From positions 28,223 through 92,222 of the forward strand of contig CAVCIU010000002.1 in the NCBI GenBank assembly GCA_963602355.1: a DNA stretch of 64,000 nt, in the 5' to 3' direction. How positions within the stretch are numbered: position 1 is the first letter of the stretch; every line of letters starts with the position of its first letter. A program made the position numbers and the translations under genes. Under the pieces are notes generated by a model, which was given only the letters and a program-made list of their open reading frames with translations, did not search any database and was not told the DNA's origin. This DNA comes from Methanobacteriaceae archaeon (GTDB lineage Bacteria; Cyanobacteriota; Vampirovibrionia; Gastranaerophilales; Gastranaerophilaceae). Shown here in pieces: positions 28,744 through 38,853 of the stretch.

Positions 28744-29429
28744 CAGAAATTTTCCAAAATATTTTTTACAACATTCAAATCTTCTGGTGTTGTAATTTTA
28801 ATATTATTTTCGCTACCTTCTACAATAAATATTTTATCCAAATTATATTTCACGACCAATCCACAATCATCAGTAAAACTAGCAGAAGAATCTTCTAGAG
28901 CAAGTTTATGAGCTTTTTTAATCAATTCAGACTTAAAAGATTGAGGAGTCTGAACTCTTCTTAAAAATGTTCTATTTGGAATTTGAGTAATAAAACCATT
29001 TTCATCAACTTGAATAATCGTATCAGAAGATTTTATCGCAGTTCCAACGGCATTGTAAGTTTCAAGAGCCTCAATATTTCTATCAATAATATCTCTATCA
29101 ACAAACGGTCTAACCGCATCATGGATTAAGACATTAACGCCGTCCTCAACCTCGCTTGTACCAATAAAAGAACTTTCAACCCTTGTTTTACCACCATTTA
29201 AAAGTTTAGAAACTTTTTTATAATTATTTTTCTTTAAAATTTCTTCTGCCAAATCTCTAAACTTTGGATTTGTAACAAGAATAATTTCGTCGATTTTCTC
29301 GTGATTTTCAAAAGCCTCAATTGAGTACTCCAAAATTGTTTTACCATTTAATTCGTAAAACTGTTTAGGAATATTATGTCCAAAGCGTTCCCCACTTCCA
29401 GATGCAAGAATTAAAGCGACATTTTTCAT
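28743..29429 (-). CDS. ispD: IspD-family cytidylyltransferase (2-C-methyl-D-erythritol 4-phosphate cytidylyltransferase; a TarI-like role is not excluded)
   Basis: ALILASGSGERFG..PKQF, GGKTR, HDAVRPF, RVQTPQSF. Confidence 0.8.
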   Translation of the reverse strand: MKNVALILASGSGERFGHNIPKQFYELNGKTILEYSIEAFENHEKIDEIILVTNPKFRDLAEEILKKNNYKKVSKLLNGGKTRVESSFIGTSEVEDGVNVLIHDAVRPFVDRDIIDRNIEALETYNAVGTAIKSSDTIIQVDENGFITQIPNRTFLRRVQTPQSFKSELIKKAHKLALEDSSASFTDDCGLVVKYNLDKIFIVEGSENNIKITTPEDLNVVKNILENF

Positions 29430-30083
29430 CTATTTCAAAAACTCCACTTCACCTGATTCTAAATGATAATAAGCAGGAACAATCTTCAAACCTTTATTCT
29501 GTACGTAATCTTTTAATAAACCATCTTTTTCAGTCAATTTATCAGCATTGATAACAGCATTGTTTTTGATAACATTTGTAAGCTTGCAACCGCATTGGTG
29601 TTCTTTTTCATACTGTTTCAAAGCTGGTTTAATTGATTTAATCAAACTATTAATATATTTTGTTTCATCAACATTGTTAACAGTAGCAGTTACAGCGCCA
29701 CAATCTTCGTGTCCCATAACGATAACAAGTTTTACACCTAAATGCACTACTGCATATTCAACACTACCGATAACGTGGTCGTCTAAAACATTTCCGGCAT
29801 TTCTTATTTCAAAAATATCGCCCAAACCTTGATCAAAAATAATTTCAGCAGGAACTCTTGAATCCGAACAAGTCAAGATAGCAACGAATGGGTGTTGCCC
29901 CTTTACTAGAGCATCTCTTGAACTCTTTGTTTGATGAGGGTGGTTCAAGTGCATTGTTCTAAAATGTTCATTACCTGTCTTTAAAATCTTCATTGCTTCA
30001 TCAGCAGAAAGATTTTGAACTTCGTGCGCAAAAACACTGTTTGCAAACAACAAACAAATTAATGTTAATATTATCTTTTTCAT
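29430..30083 (-). CDS. beta-class carbonic anhydrase with Sec signal peptide
   Basis: CSDSRVPAEIIFDQGLGDIFEIRNAGN and GHEDCGAV zinc-ligand blocks; signal MKKIILTLICLLFANSVFA. Confidence 0.9.
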   Translation of the reverse strand: MKKIILTLICLLFANSVFAHEVQNLSADEAMKILKTGNEHFRTMHLNHPHQTKSSRDALVKGQHPFVAILTCSDSRVPAEIIFDQGLGDIFEIRNAGNVLDDHVIGSVEYAVVHLGVKLVIVMGHEDCGAVTATVNNVDETKYINSLIKSIKPALKQYEKEHQCGCKLTNVIKNNAVINADKLTEKDGLLKDYVQNKGLKIVPAYYHLESGEVEFLK

Positions 30084-30132
30084 AATTCTACCCCTTTGTC
30101 AGTAATATATTTATATCACTAACAAAAAAGTT

Positions 30133-30936
30133 TTACCAATATGATTGATAATCAAACATTACATTAATAATGTTACCGTTATAATATTCAGCTCTACCCC
30201 AGCTATTGCCTTTTTTCAATCTCAAAATTGTATTATTAACCTTTGAAATATAGTCATATTGAGGAGACAAAACAGTTCTACCGTTATAATCAATAATACC
30301 GTATTTACTACTACTATTTTGAGCACCAGTAGGATTTGGAATATTAGAATCACCACCAGTTGCGCCACCAGAAACTCTAACTCTTAACAAATAATTATTG
30401 ATTTTATCAACAGAGATATACTGTTCACTAGCAATAACATTACCTTTATAATCCATCAAACCAACATTTCCAGAAGACGTAGTTGTAGTATTTGGTAAAG
30501 ATGAACCAACTGAACTAAATTTTAAAAGTCTATCATCTATTTTTTCAAGATATGAATATGAAATAGGTAAAATTACACTTCCAGAAAATGTCATTAAACC
30601 GTATTTATTATCTTGTTTAACCTTGATAACACCATATTTCAAACTCTTGATTTCTTGATATTCGAACGGCAAAAGTCCTCTACCATAACCGTCTATCAAA
30701 CCATATTTTCCGTCATTCATTGCGATAAATAAGTTTGAATTAATTTCGCTCAAATAATCATATTCTTGAGTCGAAACTCTTGTACCATTCGAATTTACGA
30801 GATAATAAGTCGTAACCATTTTATCTTTTTCAGTAGAATATGACATATAACCAGTTCTTTTTCTAACTTGAGCAGAAAAAGCCGTTGTATTAACCAATAA
30901 AAAACATATTAATAATAAAAGAAATTTTTTCTTCAT
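30133..30936 (-). CDS. secreted WG-repeat (KWG) protein
   Basis: Signal peptide; repeats GKYGLIDGYGRGLLPFEY, NKYGLMTFSGSVILP, SKYGIIDYNGRTVLSPQY. Confidence 0.75.
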   Translation of the reverse strand: MKKKFLLLLICFLLVNTTAFSAQVRKRTGYMSYSTEKDKMVTTYYLVNSNGTRVSTQEYDYLSEINSNLFIAMNDGKYGLIDGYGRGLLPFEYQEIKSLKYGVIKVKQDNKYGLMTFSGSVILPISYSYLEKIDDRLLKFSSVGSSLPNTTTTSSGNVGLMDYKGNVIASEQYISVDKINNYLLRVRVSGGATGGDSNIPNPTGAQNSSSKYGIIDYNGRTVLSPQYDYISKVNNTILRLKKGNSWGRAEYYNGNIINVMFDYQSYW

Positions 30937-30950
30937 TTTCTAACACTTTC

Positions 30951-31616
30951 TTATTTTTTTTGAACAATTGAAACCAAAGCTAAATCGGCAATTTTCAAAT
31001 CAGCCCACTTTGGTAATTTTTCGGCAACATGAACCTTAATTGGTGTACCAACTAATAAATCTGTCATATCAACTTTACCCATAAGCAATCTATATTTGTT
31101 ACCGTCAATCATTACTTTGTGAGGAATTTTGTGTAAAGTTGTCGCAAATATAGGTTCAAATTTTTCACCACGTTTTAATTTTGCAACAGGAATTTCTTTT
31201 CCTTCATTCAAGAAATACCAAGTTTTGTCTTTTTTACCAAAAAACAAATAATCGGCATCTTCTGAACCCAATTGAATACGTACAATTGCAACATCTTTGT
31301 AAATTGGTTTTACAACAGGTTTTCCTAAATAAGTAAGAATGCCCCATTGATTTTTGCCAGTACTAACTTTTACAAAATTGTCGTCAATGTTAAGCATTTT
31401 GACATATCTTGGAGCAACGACAGGATAAGAAAAAGAATTTCTTATACCATATAATTTATCACACTTAACTATCTGTGCACCTTGATTTAATTCAGATTCA
31501 ACAGTATAAACAGGCTTACATACAGTTATTTTCTTAACTTTTGGAGCACGAGCTTCAGAAGACTGAACTAAAACCGTACATAATACTAACATTGTTATAA
31601 AAAGTTTTTTTATCAT
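30951..31616 (-). CDS. secreted protein with degenerate WG-type repeats
   Basis: Signal peptide; DKLYGIRNSFSYPVVAPRY, NQWGILTYLGKPVVKPIY. Confidence 0.55.
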   Translation of the reverse strand: MIKKLFITMLVLCTVLVQSSEARAPKVKKITVCKPVYTVESELNQGAQIVKCDKLYGIRNSFSYPVVAPRYVKMLNIDDNFVKVSTGKNQWGILTYLGKPVVKPIYKDVAIVRIQLGSEDADYLFFGKKDKTWYFLNEGKEIPVAKLKRGEKFEPIFATTLHKIPHKVMIDGNKYRLLMGKVDMTDLLVGTPIKVHVAEKLPKWADLKIADLALVSIVQKK

Positions 31617-31628
31617 TATTTATCCTCT

Positions 31629-32651
31629 TTATTCTACTTTTGGAAGTCTTGCATCTTCTGCTTCTTTTTCTTTATCAGCGAAGTCTTCAGCTCTCCAGCC
31701 TTCTTTTAAAATATCTGATAGAGAAGAATAAACTGGTTGCGTAATTTGTTTGCCAGAAAAATCTACTATCGCCCATTTATCATAACGCTTAACTCCAATT
31801 AAAAAATCATTCACCCTTTGTATTGATAAACAATTTGGTTCAACAATTACGTTACCTTGATTTGATAAAAGTCCGAATTTGTCAAATTTTCTAACCTTTA
31901 CAGCAGTTTGAGAAAATCTATAAACCCTATCATATTTTGGTTCGACAATCGTTTTTGTTGGTAAATAAGCAAATCCGTATTTTTCACCATTTTTTAATTC
32001 GTACAAACTTGAATCAATTCTTCTGATTTTGTCATATTTTACAGGAACAACTTCTTGTGCATTATTGTTTAATAATCCGTGTTTTGAGCCTATTCTTGCA
32101 TCTAAAATCGCATCAATATTGCTGTTCAACTTATAAATACGATCATATTTTGGAGTAAGAGCAGGTTGACCTGTGTATGTTATCAAACCGCATTTTCCAC
32201 CTTGCATAATGCCAAGATACTTGTTGTTAACCTTGTACAAATATTCGTATTGTATAGGAATAATAGTTTTTCCTGCGTAATCTAAAACACCATATTTTCT
32301 GTTTTGTACAGCACCCAAACGATTATCATATAGATAATACAAGAAATCATATTTGAAAGGCACTTTTACATTATTATCAAAATCTATAAAACCGTATTTG
32401 CCATTCTTGGAAACTAATGCACCTTCATCTTTTACAAATTTCATTGAATCATATTGAGGTTGAATAACGTGTTTTTCTTCTGTAGCATCATAAACACCAT
32501 ATTTACCATTGATTTTAGAAATCTGATAACTCGCAAACTGTTTGTTACCATTTTCAACTTTTGTTTTTGCAGGATCTTTGTATTCGGTTGCACAAAAAGC
32601 ATTCAAACCTATTAATAAAGCACAAATCAATAAAAATGTACGTTTTATCAT
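31629..32651 (-). CDS. secreted WG-repeat (KWG) protein
   Basis: Signal peptide; at least 7 repeats such as GKYGVYD, GKYGFIDFDNN, RKYGVLDYAGK, GKCGLITYTG, SKHGLLNNN, EKYGFAY. Confidence 0.8.
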   Translation of the reverse strand: MIKRTFLLICALLIGLNAFCATEYKDPAKTKVENGNKQFASYQISKINGKYGVYDATEEKHVIQPQYDSMKFVKDEGALVSKNGKYGFIDFDNNVKVPFKYDFLYYLYDNRLGAVQNRKYGVLDYAGKTIIPIQYEYLYKVNNKYLGIMQGGKCGLITYTGQPALTPKYDRIYKLNSNIDAILDARIGSKHGLLNNNAQEVVPVKYDKIRRIDSSLYELKNGEKYGFAYLPTKTIVEPKYDRVYRFSQTAVKVRKFDKFGLLSNQGNVIVEPNCLSIQRVNDFLIGVKRYDKWAIVDFSGKQITQPVYSSLSDILKEGWRAEDFADKEKEAEDARLPKVE

Positions 32652-33001
32652 AAAACACCTTCTATAGAATAAATTTCATTTAATCTTTCTTTATTGTTTA
32701 TGTATAGATAACCAATCAAAACCTCAAATGCAGTAGCTTGACGGTAATCTGTTTGAATTGCACGACGAGAAATTGGCACCTGCAAATTTCTTGCTCTTCT
32801 AACCAAATCTAACTCCTCTTCGCTCAAATGAGGCTCAATTAGTCTTAGCAAATTCGATTGATATGTCGCATTAACTTTGCTTGTCGTAAGTTTATGCAAC
32901 TCTTTTGTATTCTGTGTTTGATAAATTGTTTGTTCTCTGATTTTCAATTCCCAAACCGCATCACCTAAATGTGCGTAATTTCTTAAATGCAATTCTTCCA
33001 T
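32648..33001 (-). CDS. mrnC: Mini-ribonuclease 3
   Basis: 117 aa; YAHLGDAVWELKIRE RNase III-like signature and ATAFEVLIGYLY. Confidence 0.85.
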   Translation of the reverse strand: MEELHLRNYAHLGDAVWELKIREQTIYQTQNTKELHKLTTSKVNATYQSNLLRLIEPHLSEEELDLVRRARNLQVPISRRAIQTDYRQATAFEVLIGYLYINNKERLNEIYSIEGVL

Positions 33002-33068
33002 TGTATAATTTTATCACATTTTTTAGATTTAGCTTGAATTGTTAAAAAATTTATTAGATAATTCTCTT

Positions 33069-33515
33069 ATGAAAAGATTTATTTTAACAACATTAGTTTT
33101 ATTATTCACAACAGGCTTTGCGTTTGCAGAAAGCTTTGATTCAGATTTGTATTTGTACTGCCACAACACAGGGTCAGATAAATATAAATACGAAGTTTTG
33201 ATGAAACAAGCTCTTATTGTTAATGACTTACAATTAAGCAAAGAGCAAAAGAAAGAATTGGAAGTTGTTTTCAACAAATATGCTGAAGATTATGCACAAT
33301 TAGCAGGAAGCATAGAAGAAAATAAAAATATTTATAAACAAATGAAAAAAGATAAAACTTCTTTCAAAACAAAATCTGACCAAAGAAAAAAAATCAGAGA
33401 TTTGAATAGAGAAGTGAAAAAAGTACAAAAAGCATTAATTAAAGAAACAAAAAAATCACTTACTCATAAACAAAGAAGCAAATATAATACACTTGTTAAA
33501 AGTTTGTTCAATTAA
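33069..33515 (+). CDS. periplasmic LTXXQ-motif protein (Spy/CpxP-like)
   Basis: Signal peptide from ATG 33069 (MKRFILTTLVLLFTTGFAFA). LSKEQKKEL and LTHKQRSKY motifs; helical and Lys-rich. Confidence 0.5.
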   Translation: MKRFILTTLVLLFTTGFAFAESFDSDLYLYCHNTGSDKYKYEVLMKQALIVNDLQLSKEQKKELEVVFNKYAEDYAQLAGSIEENKNIYKQMKKDKTSFKTKSDQRKKIRDLNREVKKVQKALIKETKKSLTHKQRSKYNTLVKSLFN

Positions 33516-33568
33516 TAAAAAAAAAGAAAGAGGCGAAAGTTGAAAACTTTCGCCTCTTTCTTTTTTTA
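33516..33568. terminator. bidirectional rho-independent terminator
   Basis: A-run, then aaagaaagaggcgaaagt-tgaaa-actttcgcctctttcttt, then T-run, between convergent genes. Confidence 0.8.
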
Positions 33569-33577
33569 AAATACTTT

Positions 33578-34201
33578 TTAGAACTTAACTAATTTCAAAC
33601 CTTTTTTCTCAAGTTCTTTTTTCTTTTCAGCTTCTGCATCAGGAAGTTCGTAACATTTAATACAACGAGCTTCATATGTTTCATCTCCGCCAATCATAAT
33701 TAATGGAGAATTTTTGTCAGCAGGTTTACCATTGATAAGTCTTTGAGTTCTAGTTGCGTGGTCAGAACCGCATTTCATACATACAGCATGAAGTTTATCA
33801 ACTTGAGTTGCAATACACATCAATTGAGGCATAGAACCAAATGTATCACCTTTAAAATCAAGATCTAAACCAGTACCGATAACCTTTTTACCTTCATTCA
33901 TCAATTGAGTAATAACTCTAACGATGTTTTCATCAAAGAATTGAAGCTCGTCGATTGCAACAATCTCATCTTCTGGTTTTACAACACTAAGAATATTTAT
34001 AGCGTGTTTAACCTTTACAGCTTCTAAAAATAAGCCATTACGAGATTCAATATAATCACCTTTTGTTCTTGTATCTACGTCAGGTGAAATAACTTTAACC
34101 CTTTTTTTCGCTATTATACATCTTCTAATTCGTCTAAGTAATTCTTCAGTTTTACCGCAACTCATGGGTCCGGTAATCAATTCGAAACAATAACCTTGCA
34201 T
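33578..34201 (-). CDS. tdk: thymidine kinase
   Basis: GPMSCGKTEELL P-loop, DELQFF, C-terminal zinc-ribbon cysteines (CMKCG..CIKC). Start ATG 34201 follows a GAAGGGG SD; the ORF-track start is 34279. Confidence 0.92.
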   Translation of the reverse strand: MQGYCFELITGPMSCGKTEELLRRIRRCIIAKKRVKVISPDVDTRTKGDYIESRNGLFLEAVKVKHAINILSVVKPEDEIVAIDELQFFDENIVRVITQLMNEGKKVIGTGLDLDFKGDTFGSMPQLMCIATQVDKLHAVCMKCGSDHATRTQRLINGKPADKNSPLIMIGGDETYEARCIKCYELPDAEAEKKKELEKKGLKLVKF

Positions 34202-34500
34202 CGATACCCCTTCTAACTTCCCTATGTCATTTGCATGACTTGTATACAAAATTATATACCTCATAAAATTCTCATGCAAGAAAGATATTAACTTTATTAA
34301 GTAAAAAAATTTTACGCAAAATAAAACCGACTATCATTAAACAGTCGGCAATTAAACCACGTATTAGAAGAGAGGAATTAGAAATTCTGTGAATTTTAAT
34401 TCACACTATATATATTCCACTGTTCTAAAGTTTTATAACGATTTTTAGAAAAAATTTCAAAATCTGTTACAAATGTTAATAAAAATAAGTATAAATAGTT

Positions 34501-34527
34501 TAAAAGCCCGATAAAATCGGGCTTTTA
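34501..34527 (-). terminator. rho-independent terminator of the 123-aa gene
   Basis: aaaagcccgat-aaa-atcgggctttt immediately after the stop codon. Confidence 0.7.
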
Positions 34528-34528
34528 A

Positions 34529-34900
34529 TTATAGAAATTTTTGAGTGTCATTATACATTGCCGCCGCTAAATCCGAATTATTGGCAACATCTGGGTAATC
34601 TTTTCTAAATTCATCAATATCAAAATTACCTAAATATGAACGCAAACGAGAAATTATATCATCATATCCTTCATATTTTTTGATTAAGTTTTCAATGTAT
34701 GTTTTTACATAATTTTCTATTTTGTAATCTGCTAATACAGAAGTTGAAGAAGAATCAAATTCATCTGTTTTTTTAGATTCTTTTGCTTTTTGTTCTTTTT
34801 CAGCCTTAGCTATTTTAGCTTCTTTTTCTAATTGTTTTTCTATTGCTTTTATCTCTTTTGGAGACATATTTGACGTATCAATTTTATCAATTTTTGCCAT
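34529..34900 (-). CDS. hypothetical Lys/Glu-rich protein
   Basis: 123-aa ORF with AAAGGAG SD, charged helical N-half (EKQLEKEAKIAKAEKEQKAKE) and its own terminator. Confidence 0.6.
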   Translation of the reverse strand: MAKIDKIDTSNMSPKEIKAIEKQLEKEAKIAKAEKEQKAKESKKTDEFDSSSTSVLADYKIENYVKTYIENLIKKYEGYDDIISRLRSYLGNFDIDEFRKDYPDVANNSDLAAAMYNDTQKFL

Positions 34901-35026
34901 AATTCAACTCCTTTACTACTACTATTTATGTTCCACATGTTTTAAAAAGTTTCTCGAAAAAGTAATCATTTGTTACATTTTTTTGATATAATTTTATTTG
35001 TAAAAATAAGAAAAAAGGACATATCG

Positions 35027-36250
35027 ATGGTAGAAATAAAAAAAGAATTTTTAGAACAAGCAGAAAAAATTGGTAGAAGTTGTGAAATCCTTCCAGGTGG
35101 TGTTGAAGAATTGGCTCAAAAACTTCAATACGCAAAGGAAAACAACAAACCTTTAAGAATAAAATTAGGTATGGATCCAACAAGACCAGACCTTCACTTG
35201 GGTCATACAGTTGTAATGAGAAAACTAAAAGAATTCCAAAAACTTGGACACAAAATTGTTTTAATCATTGGTGGTGCAACTGCTATGATTGGCGACCCTT
35301 CTGGTAAATCAGAAACTCGTCCAGCTTTAACAAAAGAACAAGTTGAAGTTAATGCTAAAACTTACTTTGAACAAATTTCAAAGGTTCTTGATGTTTCAGA
35401 TATCGAAGTTGTAAACAATGCTGATTGGTTACACAAAATGAATTTCACAGAACTTTTACAACTTGCAAGCAAAGTTACAGTTGCTCAAATGATGACAAGA
35501 GACGACTTTGCAAAAAGATATGCTGAAGGTAGACCAATTTCTATTCACGAATTCTTCTACCCATTAATGCAAGCTTATGACTCAGTTGAAATTGATGCAG
35601 ATATTGAATTTGGTGGCACAGACCAAAGATTTAACACTCTTCTTGGTCGTGATATCCAAACAGCTTATGGCAAAAAATACCCTCAAATGGTTATGCTTTT
35701 ACCATTAATCGAAGGTACAGACGGTGTGGTTAAAATGAGTAAATCATACCCAGAACACTGTATTTCATTGACAGACAGTGCTAACGATATGTTTGGTAAA
35801 ATTATGAGTATTCCAGATAACTTAATCGTTAAATACTTTGAATTATTAACAGATGTTGAAAATTCAGAAGTTACAAGAGTTTACGACGCATTAGCAAACG
35901 GAACAGAAAACCCTCGTAATTTAAAACTTGAATTAGCACACGTTATCACTGAACAATATCACGGCAAAGAAATGGCTGATAAAGCTCAAGAAGCTTTCAT
36001 TAATGTTGTTTCAAACAAAGGTTTACCAGAAGATATTCCAGAACACAAAGTAACTGAAGCTAAAAACATTTTAGATTTATTACTTGAATTAAACTTTGTA
36101 CAAAGCAAAGGTGAAGCTAAAAGATTAATTCAAGGTGGCGGTGTAAAAATAAACGGCGAAAAAATTTCTGATATGACATTAATGGTTGAAGGTTCTGACG
36201 ACACAATCCTTCAAGCTGGTAAAAGAAAATACGCTAAATTAGTAAAATAG
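35027..36250 (+). CDS. tyrS: tyrosine-tRNA ligase
   Basis: HLGH (DLHLGHTV) and KMSKS motifs, plus a C-terminal S4-like domain (KGEAKRLIQGGGVKING). Start is ATG 35027. Confidence 0.95.
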   Translation: MVEIKKEFLEQAEKIGRSCEILPGGVEELAQKLQYAKENNKPLRIKLGMDPTRPDLHLGHTVVMRKLKEFQKLGHKIVLIIGGATAMIGDPSGKSETRPALTKEQVEVNAKTYFEQISKVLDVSDIEVVNNADWLHKMNFTELLQLASKVTVAQMMTRDDFAKRYAEGRPISIHEFFYPLMQAYDSVEIDADIEFGGTDQRFNTLLGRDIQTAYGKKYPQMVMLLPLIEGTDGVVKMSKSYPEHCISLTDSANDMFGKIMSIPDNLIVKYFELLTDVENSEVTRVYDALANGTENPRNLKLELAHVITEQYHGKEMADKAQEAFINVVSNKGLPEDIPEHKVTEAKNILDLLLELNFVQSKGEAKRLIQGGGVKINGEKISDMTLMVEGSDDTILQAGKRKYAKLVK

Positions 36251-36261
36251 GAAACACTAAA

Positions 36262-37155
36262 ATGAAAGTATACGAAAATGTTTTAGAACTAATCGGAAAA
36301 ACTCCGTTAGTGAAATATTCTGATAATTTATTTTTAAAATTAGAATTTCTAAATCCTTCACACTCAATAAAAGACCGTGCATCTTTGTATATGTTGAAAG
36401 AAGCTGAAAAACAAGGTTTAATCAACAAAGACACAGTTATTATTGAACCGACTAGCGGAAACACTGGTATCGGGCTTGCGATGTGCTGTGCAGTTATGGG
36501 ATTGAGAATTATAATTGTAATGCCAGAAAGTATGTCTCTTGAACGCAGAAAACTTATTCAAGGTTATGGTGCAGAACTTGTTTTGACACCAAAAGAAGAA
36601 GGTATGCAAGGTGCAGTTAACAAAGCAGAAGAATTAAAGAAAGAATATCCAAATTCCTTCATACCAATGCAATTTGCAAACCCTGCAAACCCACTTGCAC
36701 ACATTGAAACAACTTCAAAAGAAATCTTTGAAGACACAGACGGTAAAGTTGATATTTTTGTAGCAGGCATAGGTACAGGCGGAACTGCAATCGGTATGGC
36801 AAAAGGTTTAAAAGCCTTAAAGCCAGAGGTTAAAGTTTATGGACTTGAACCAGTAGAAAGCCCTCTTTTGACAGAAGGTCATGCCGGAAGCCACAAAATT
36901 CAAGGTATCGGCGCAAACTTTGAACCAGAAATTTTGAAACAGGGTGTACTTGACGGTATCGTAACTGCAAAAGGTGATGATGCAATAAAAATGGCAAAAG
37001 AAGTTGCAAAAACAAAAGGTATCCTTTGCGGAATTTCTTCTGGTGCTAACATTCTTGCAGGTAAAAAATTAGCTGAAGAAAACCCAGATAAACTTGTTGT
37101 TACAGTAGTTTGCGACTTTGGCGAAAGATATTTATCAACAGAATTATTTGATTAA
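36262..37155 (+). CDS. cysK: cysteine synthase A (O-acetylserine sulfhydrylase)
   Basis: [12 protein letters not shown]-Lys block, [19 protein letters not shown]. Confidence 0.95.
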   Translation: MKVYENVLELIGKTPLVKYSDNLFLKLEFLNPSHSIKDRASLYMLKEAEKQGLINKDTVIIEPTSGNTGIGLAMCCAVMGLRIIIVMPESMSLERRKLIQGYGAELVLTPKEEGMQGAVNKAEELKKEYPNSFIPMQFANPANPLAHIETTSKEIFEDTDGKVDIFVAGIGTGGTAIGMAKGLKALKPEVKVYGLEPVESPLLTEGHAGSHKIQGIGANFEPEILKQGVLDGIVTAKGDDAIKMAKEVAKTKGILCGISSGANILAGKKLAEENPDKLVVTVVCDFGERYLSTELFD

Positions 37156-37171
37156 TAAAAAGGCGAAAATA

Positions 37172-37846
37172 ATGTTAGATAGAGCAATACATCATATTAA
37201 AGACGATATTAAAACAATTTATGACAAAGACCCCGCAGCAAGAAATATTCTTGAAGTAATATTTTGTTATCCAGGGTTGCACGCATTGTTAATGCACAGA
37301 CTTTCTCATAAATTATATAAATGGAAAATCCCTTTTATTCCTAGATATATCTCATTTATTATGAGAATTTTAACAGGAATAGAAATTCACCCAGGGGCAA
37401 CAATTGGTGATAGATTTTTTATTGACCACGGCGAAGGGGTTGTTATTGGTGAAACAACAATTATCGGTGATGATGTACTAATTTATCAACAAGTAACTCT
37501 TGGCGGAACTGGTAAAGATATAGGCAAAAGACACCCTACTATCGGTAATGGTGTAATTGTCGGTGCGGGTGCTAAAGTTTTGGGTAACATAACAATTGGT
37601 GATAACAGTAGAATCGGAGCTGGCTCAGTTGTAGTAGACAATGTTCCAGAACACGCAACAGTTGTGGGTATTCCAGGAAAAGTTGTTATACAAAAAGTTC
37701 CAGACGAAAACGGAACACTTATGCACAACAGAATTCCAGACCCTGTTATGTGCAAAATTAATAGATTAACTTATGAAGTAAAAGAATTACAAGAAAAATT
37801 GGGTATTGAGACTGGATACAAGCCAAATCCTAATTGCGAAAACTAA
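37172..37846 (+). CDS. cysE: serine O-acetyltransferase
   Basis: [40 protein letters not shown] hexapeptide region. Start is ATG 37172; the ORF-track start is 37118. Confidence 0.92.
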   Translation: MLDRAIHHIKDDIKTIYDKDPAARNILEVIFCYPGLHALLMHRLSHKLYKWKIPFIPRYISFIMRILTGIEIHPGATIGDRFFIDHGEGVVIGETTIIGDDVLIYQQVTLGGTGKDIGKRHPTIGNGVIVGAGAKVLGNITIGDNSRIGAGSVVVDNVPEHATVVGIPGKVVIQKVPDENGTLMHNRIPDPVMCKINRLTYEVKELQEKLGIETGYKPNPNCEN

Positions 37847-37857
37847 GGACATAAATA

Positions 37858-38826
37858 ATGAAAGCAATCGTATTTGATAACGAATTAAAGCTAGATAACA
37901 ACTACACAAAACCAACACCGCAAAAAGGCGAAGCTCTAATAAGAGTAACTTTGGCAGGTATTTGTAATACAGATTACGAAATCACAAAAGGTTATATGGG
38001 ATATGTCGGAGTACTTGGACACGAATTTGTCGGAGTCGTAGAAGATGTTAACTCTGATGACAAATCACTTGTAGGTAAAAGAGTTGTAGCTGAAATTAGT
38101 TACGGTTGCCATAAACCAGATTGTGAATGGTGTAATCAAGGCTTGGTAAGACATTGCCCTGATAGACACACAATCGGTATTTGGAGAAAAGACGGTTGTT
38201 TTGCAGAATACATAACACTTCCAACAGAAATTTTGTTTGAAGTTCCTGACAATGTTTCAGACGAACAAGTCGTTTTTGTAGAACCTCTTGCTGCAGCTTG
38301 CGAAATAGTTGAACAACTTCACATTCAACCTATACAAAAAGTTTTAGTACAAGGCGACGGCAAATTAGGCTTAACAATAGCTTTAGCCCTAAATGCTTAC
38401 AATTATGACGTAACACTTGTCGGCAGACACGAAAACAAACTTGTTGTTGCTAAAAATCAAGGTGTTAAAACAATTCTATCAAAAGATTTAAAAGTTGAAC
38501 CAGTTTGGGACGTTGTAGTTGAAGCGACAGGCTCAATCGACGGATTTGAAAACGCAATGGCTTTAACTAAACCTCGTGGAACTTTAGTTTTAAAAAGTAC
38601 AGTTGCCGGTAGCAAAGAAATCAACCTTGCGCCAATTGTAATTAACGAAATCACTGTTCTAGGTTCTCGTTGCGGTCAATTCAAGCCAGCACTTAGACTT
38701 TTAGAAAATCAAAGAATAGATTTTAAACCTATGATTTCTGAAATTTACAACGTTGATAACGCAATTGAAGCTTTTGACAGAAACAAATCCAAAGATTCAA
38801 TAAAAGTTTTAATAAAATTTGATTAA
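37858..38826 (+). CDS. zinc-dependent medium-chain alcohol dehydrogenase family protein
   Basis: GICNTDYE, GHEFVG, structural-zinc Cys cluster (CHKPDCEWCNQGLVRHC), GDGKLG nucleotide loop. Confidence 0.85.
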   Translation: MKAIVFDNELKLDNNYTKPTPQKGEALIRVTLAGICNTDYEITKGYMGYVGVLGHEFVGVVEDVNSDDKSLVGKRVVAEISYGCHKPDCEWCNQGLVRHCPDRHTIGIWRKDGCFAEYITLPTEILFEVPDNVSDEQVVFVEPLAAACEIVEQLHIQPIQKVLVQGDGKLGLTIALALNAYNYDVTLVGRHENKLVVAKNQGVKTILSKDLKVEPVWDVVVEATGSIDGFENAMALTKPRGTLVLKSTVAGSKEINLAPIVINEITVLGSRCGQFKPALRLLENQRIDFKPMISEIYNVDNAIEAFDRNKSKDSIKVLIKFD

Positions 38827-38853
38827 TAATTATATTTAACCTAAAATAAGCAT

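Noticed and set aside
33029-33277. 82-aa minus-strand ORF overlapping the Spy/CpxP-like gene start.
   Set aside because: The plus-strand ORF has a signal peptide and LTXXQ motifs. The minus-strand ORF has no SD and would collide with mrnC promoter space.
34388-34405. TGTGAATTTTAATTCACA palindrome resembling a CRP/FNR-family site upstream of tdk.
   Set aside because: The half-sites TGTGA/TCACA are separated by 8 nt rather than the 6 nt of the CRP consensus, and I cannot assess a regulator. It is recorded only as a possible operator.
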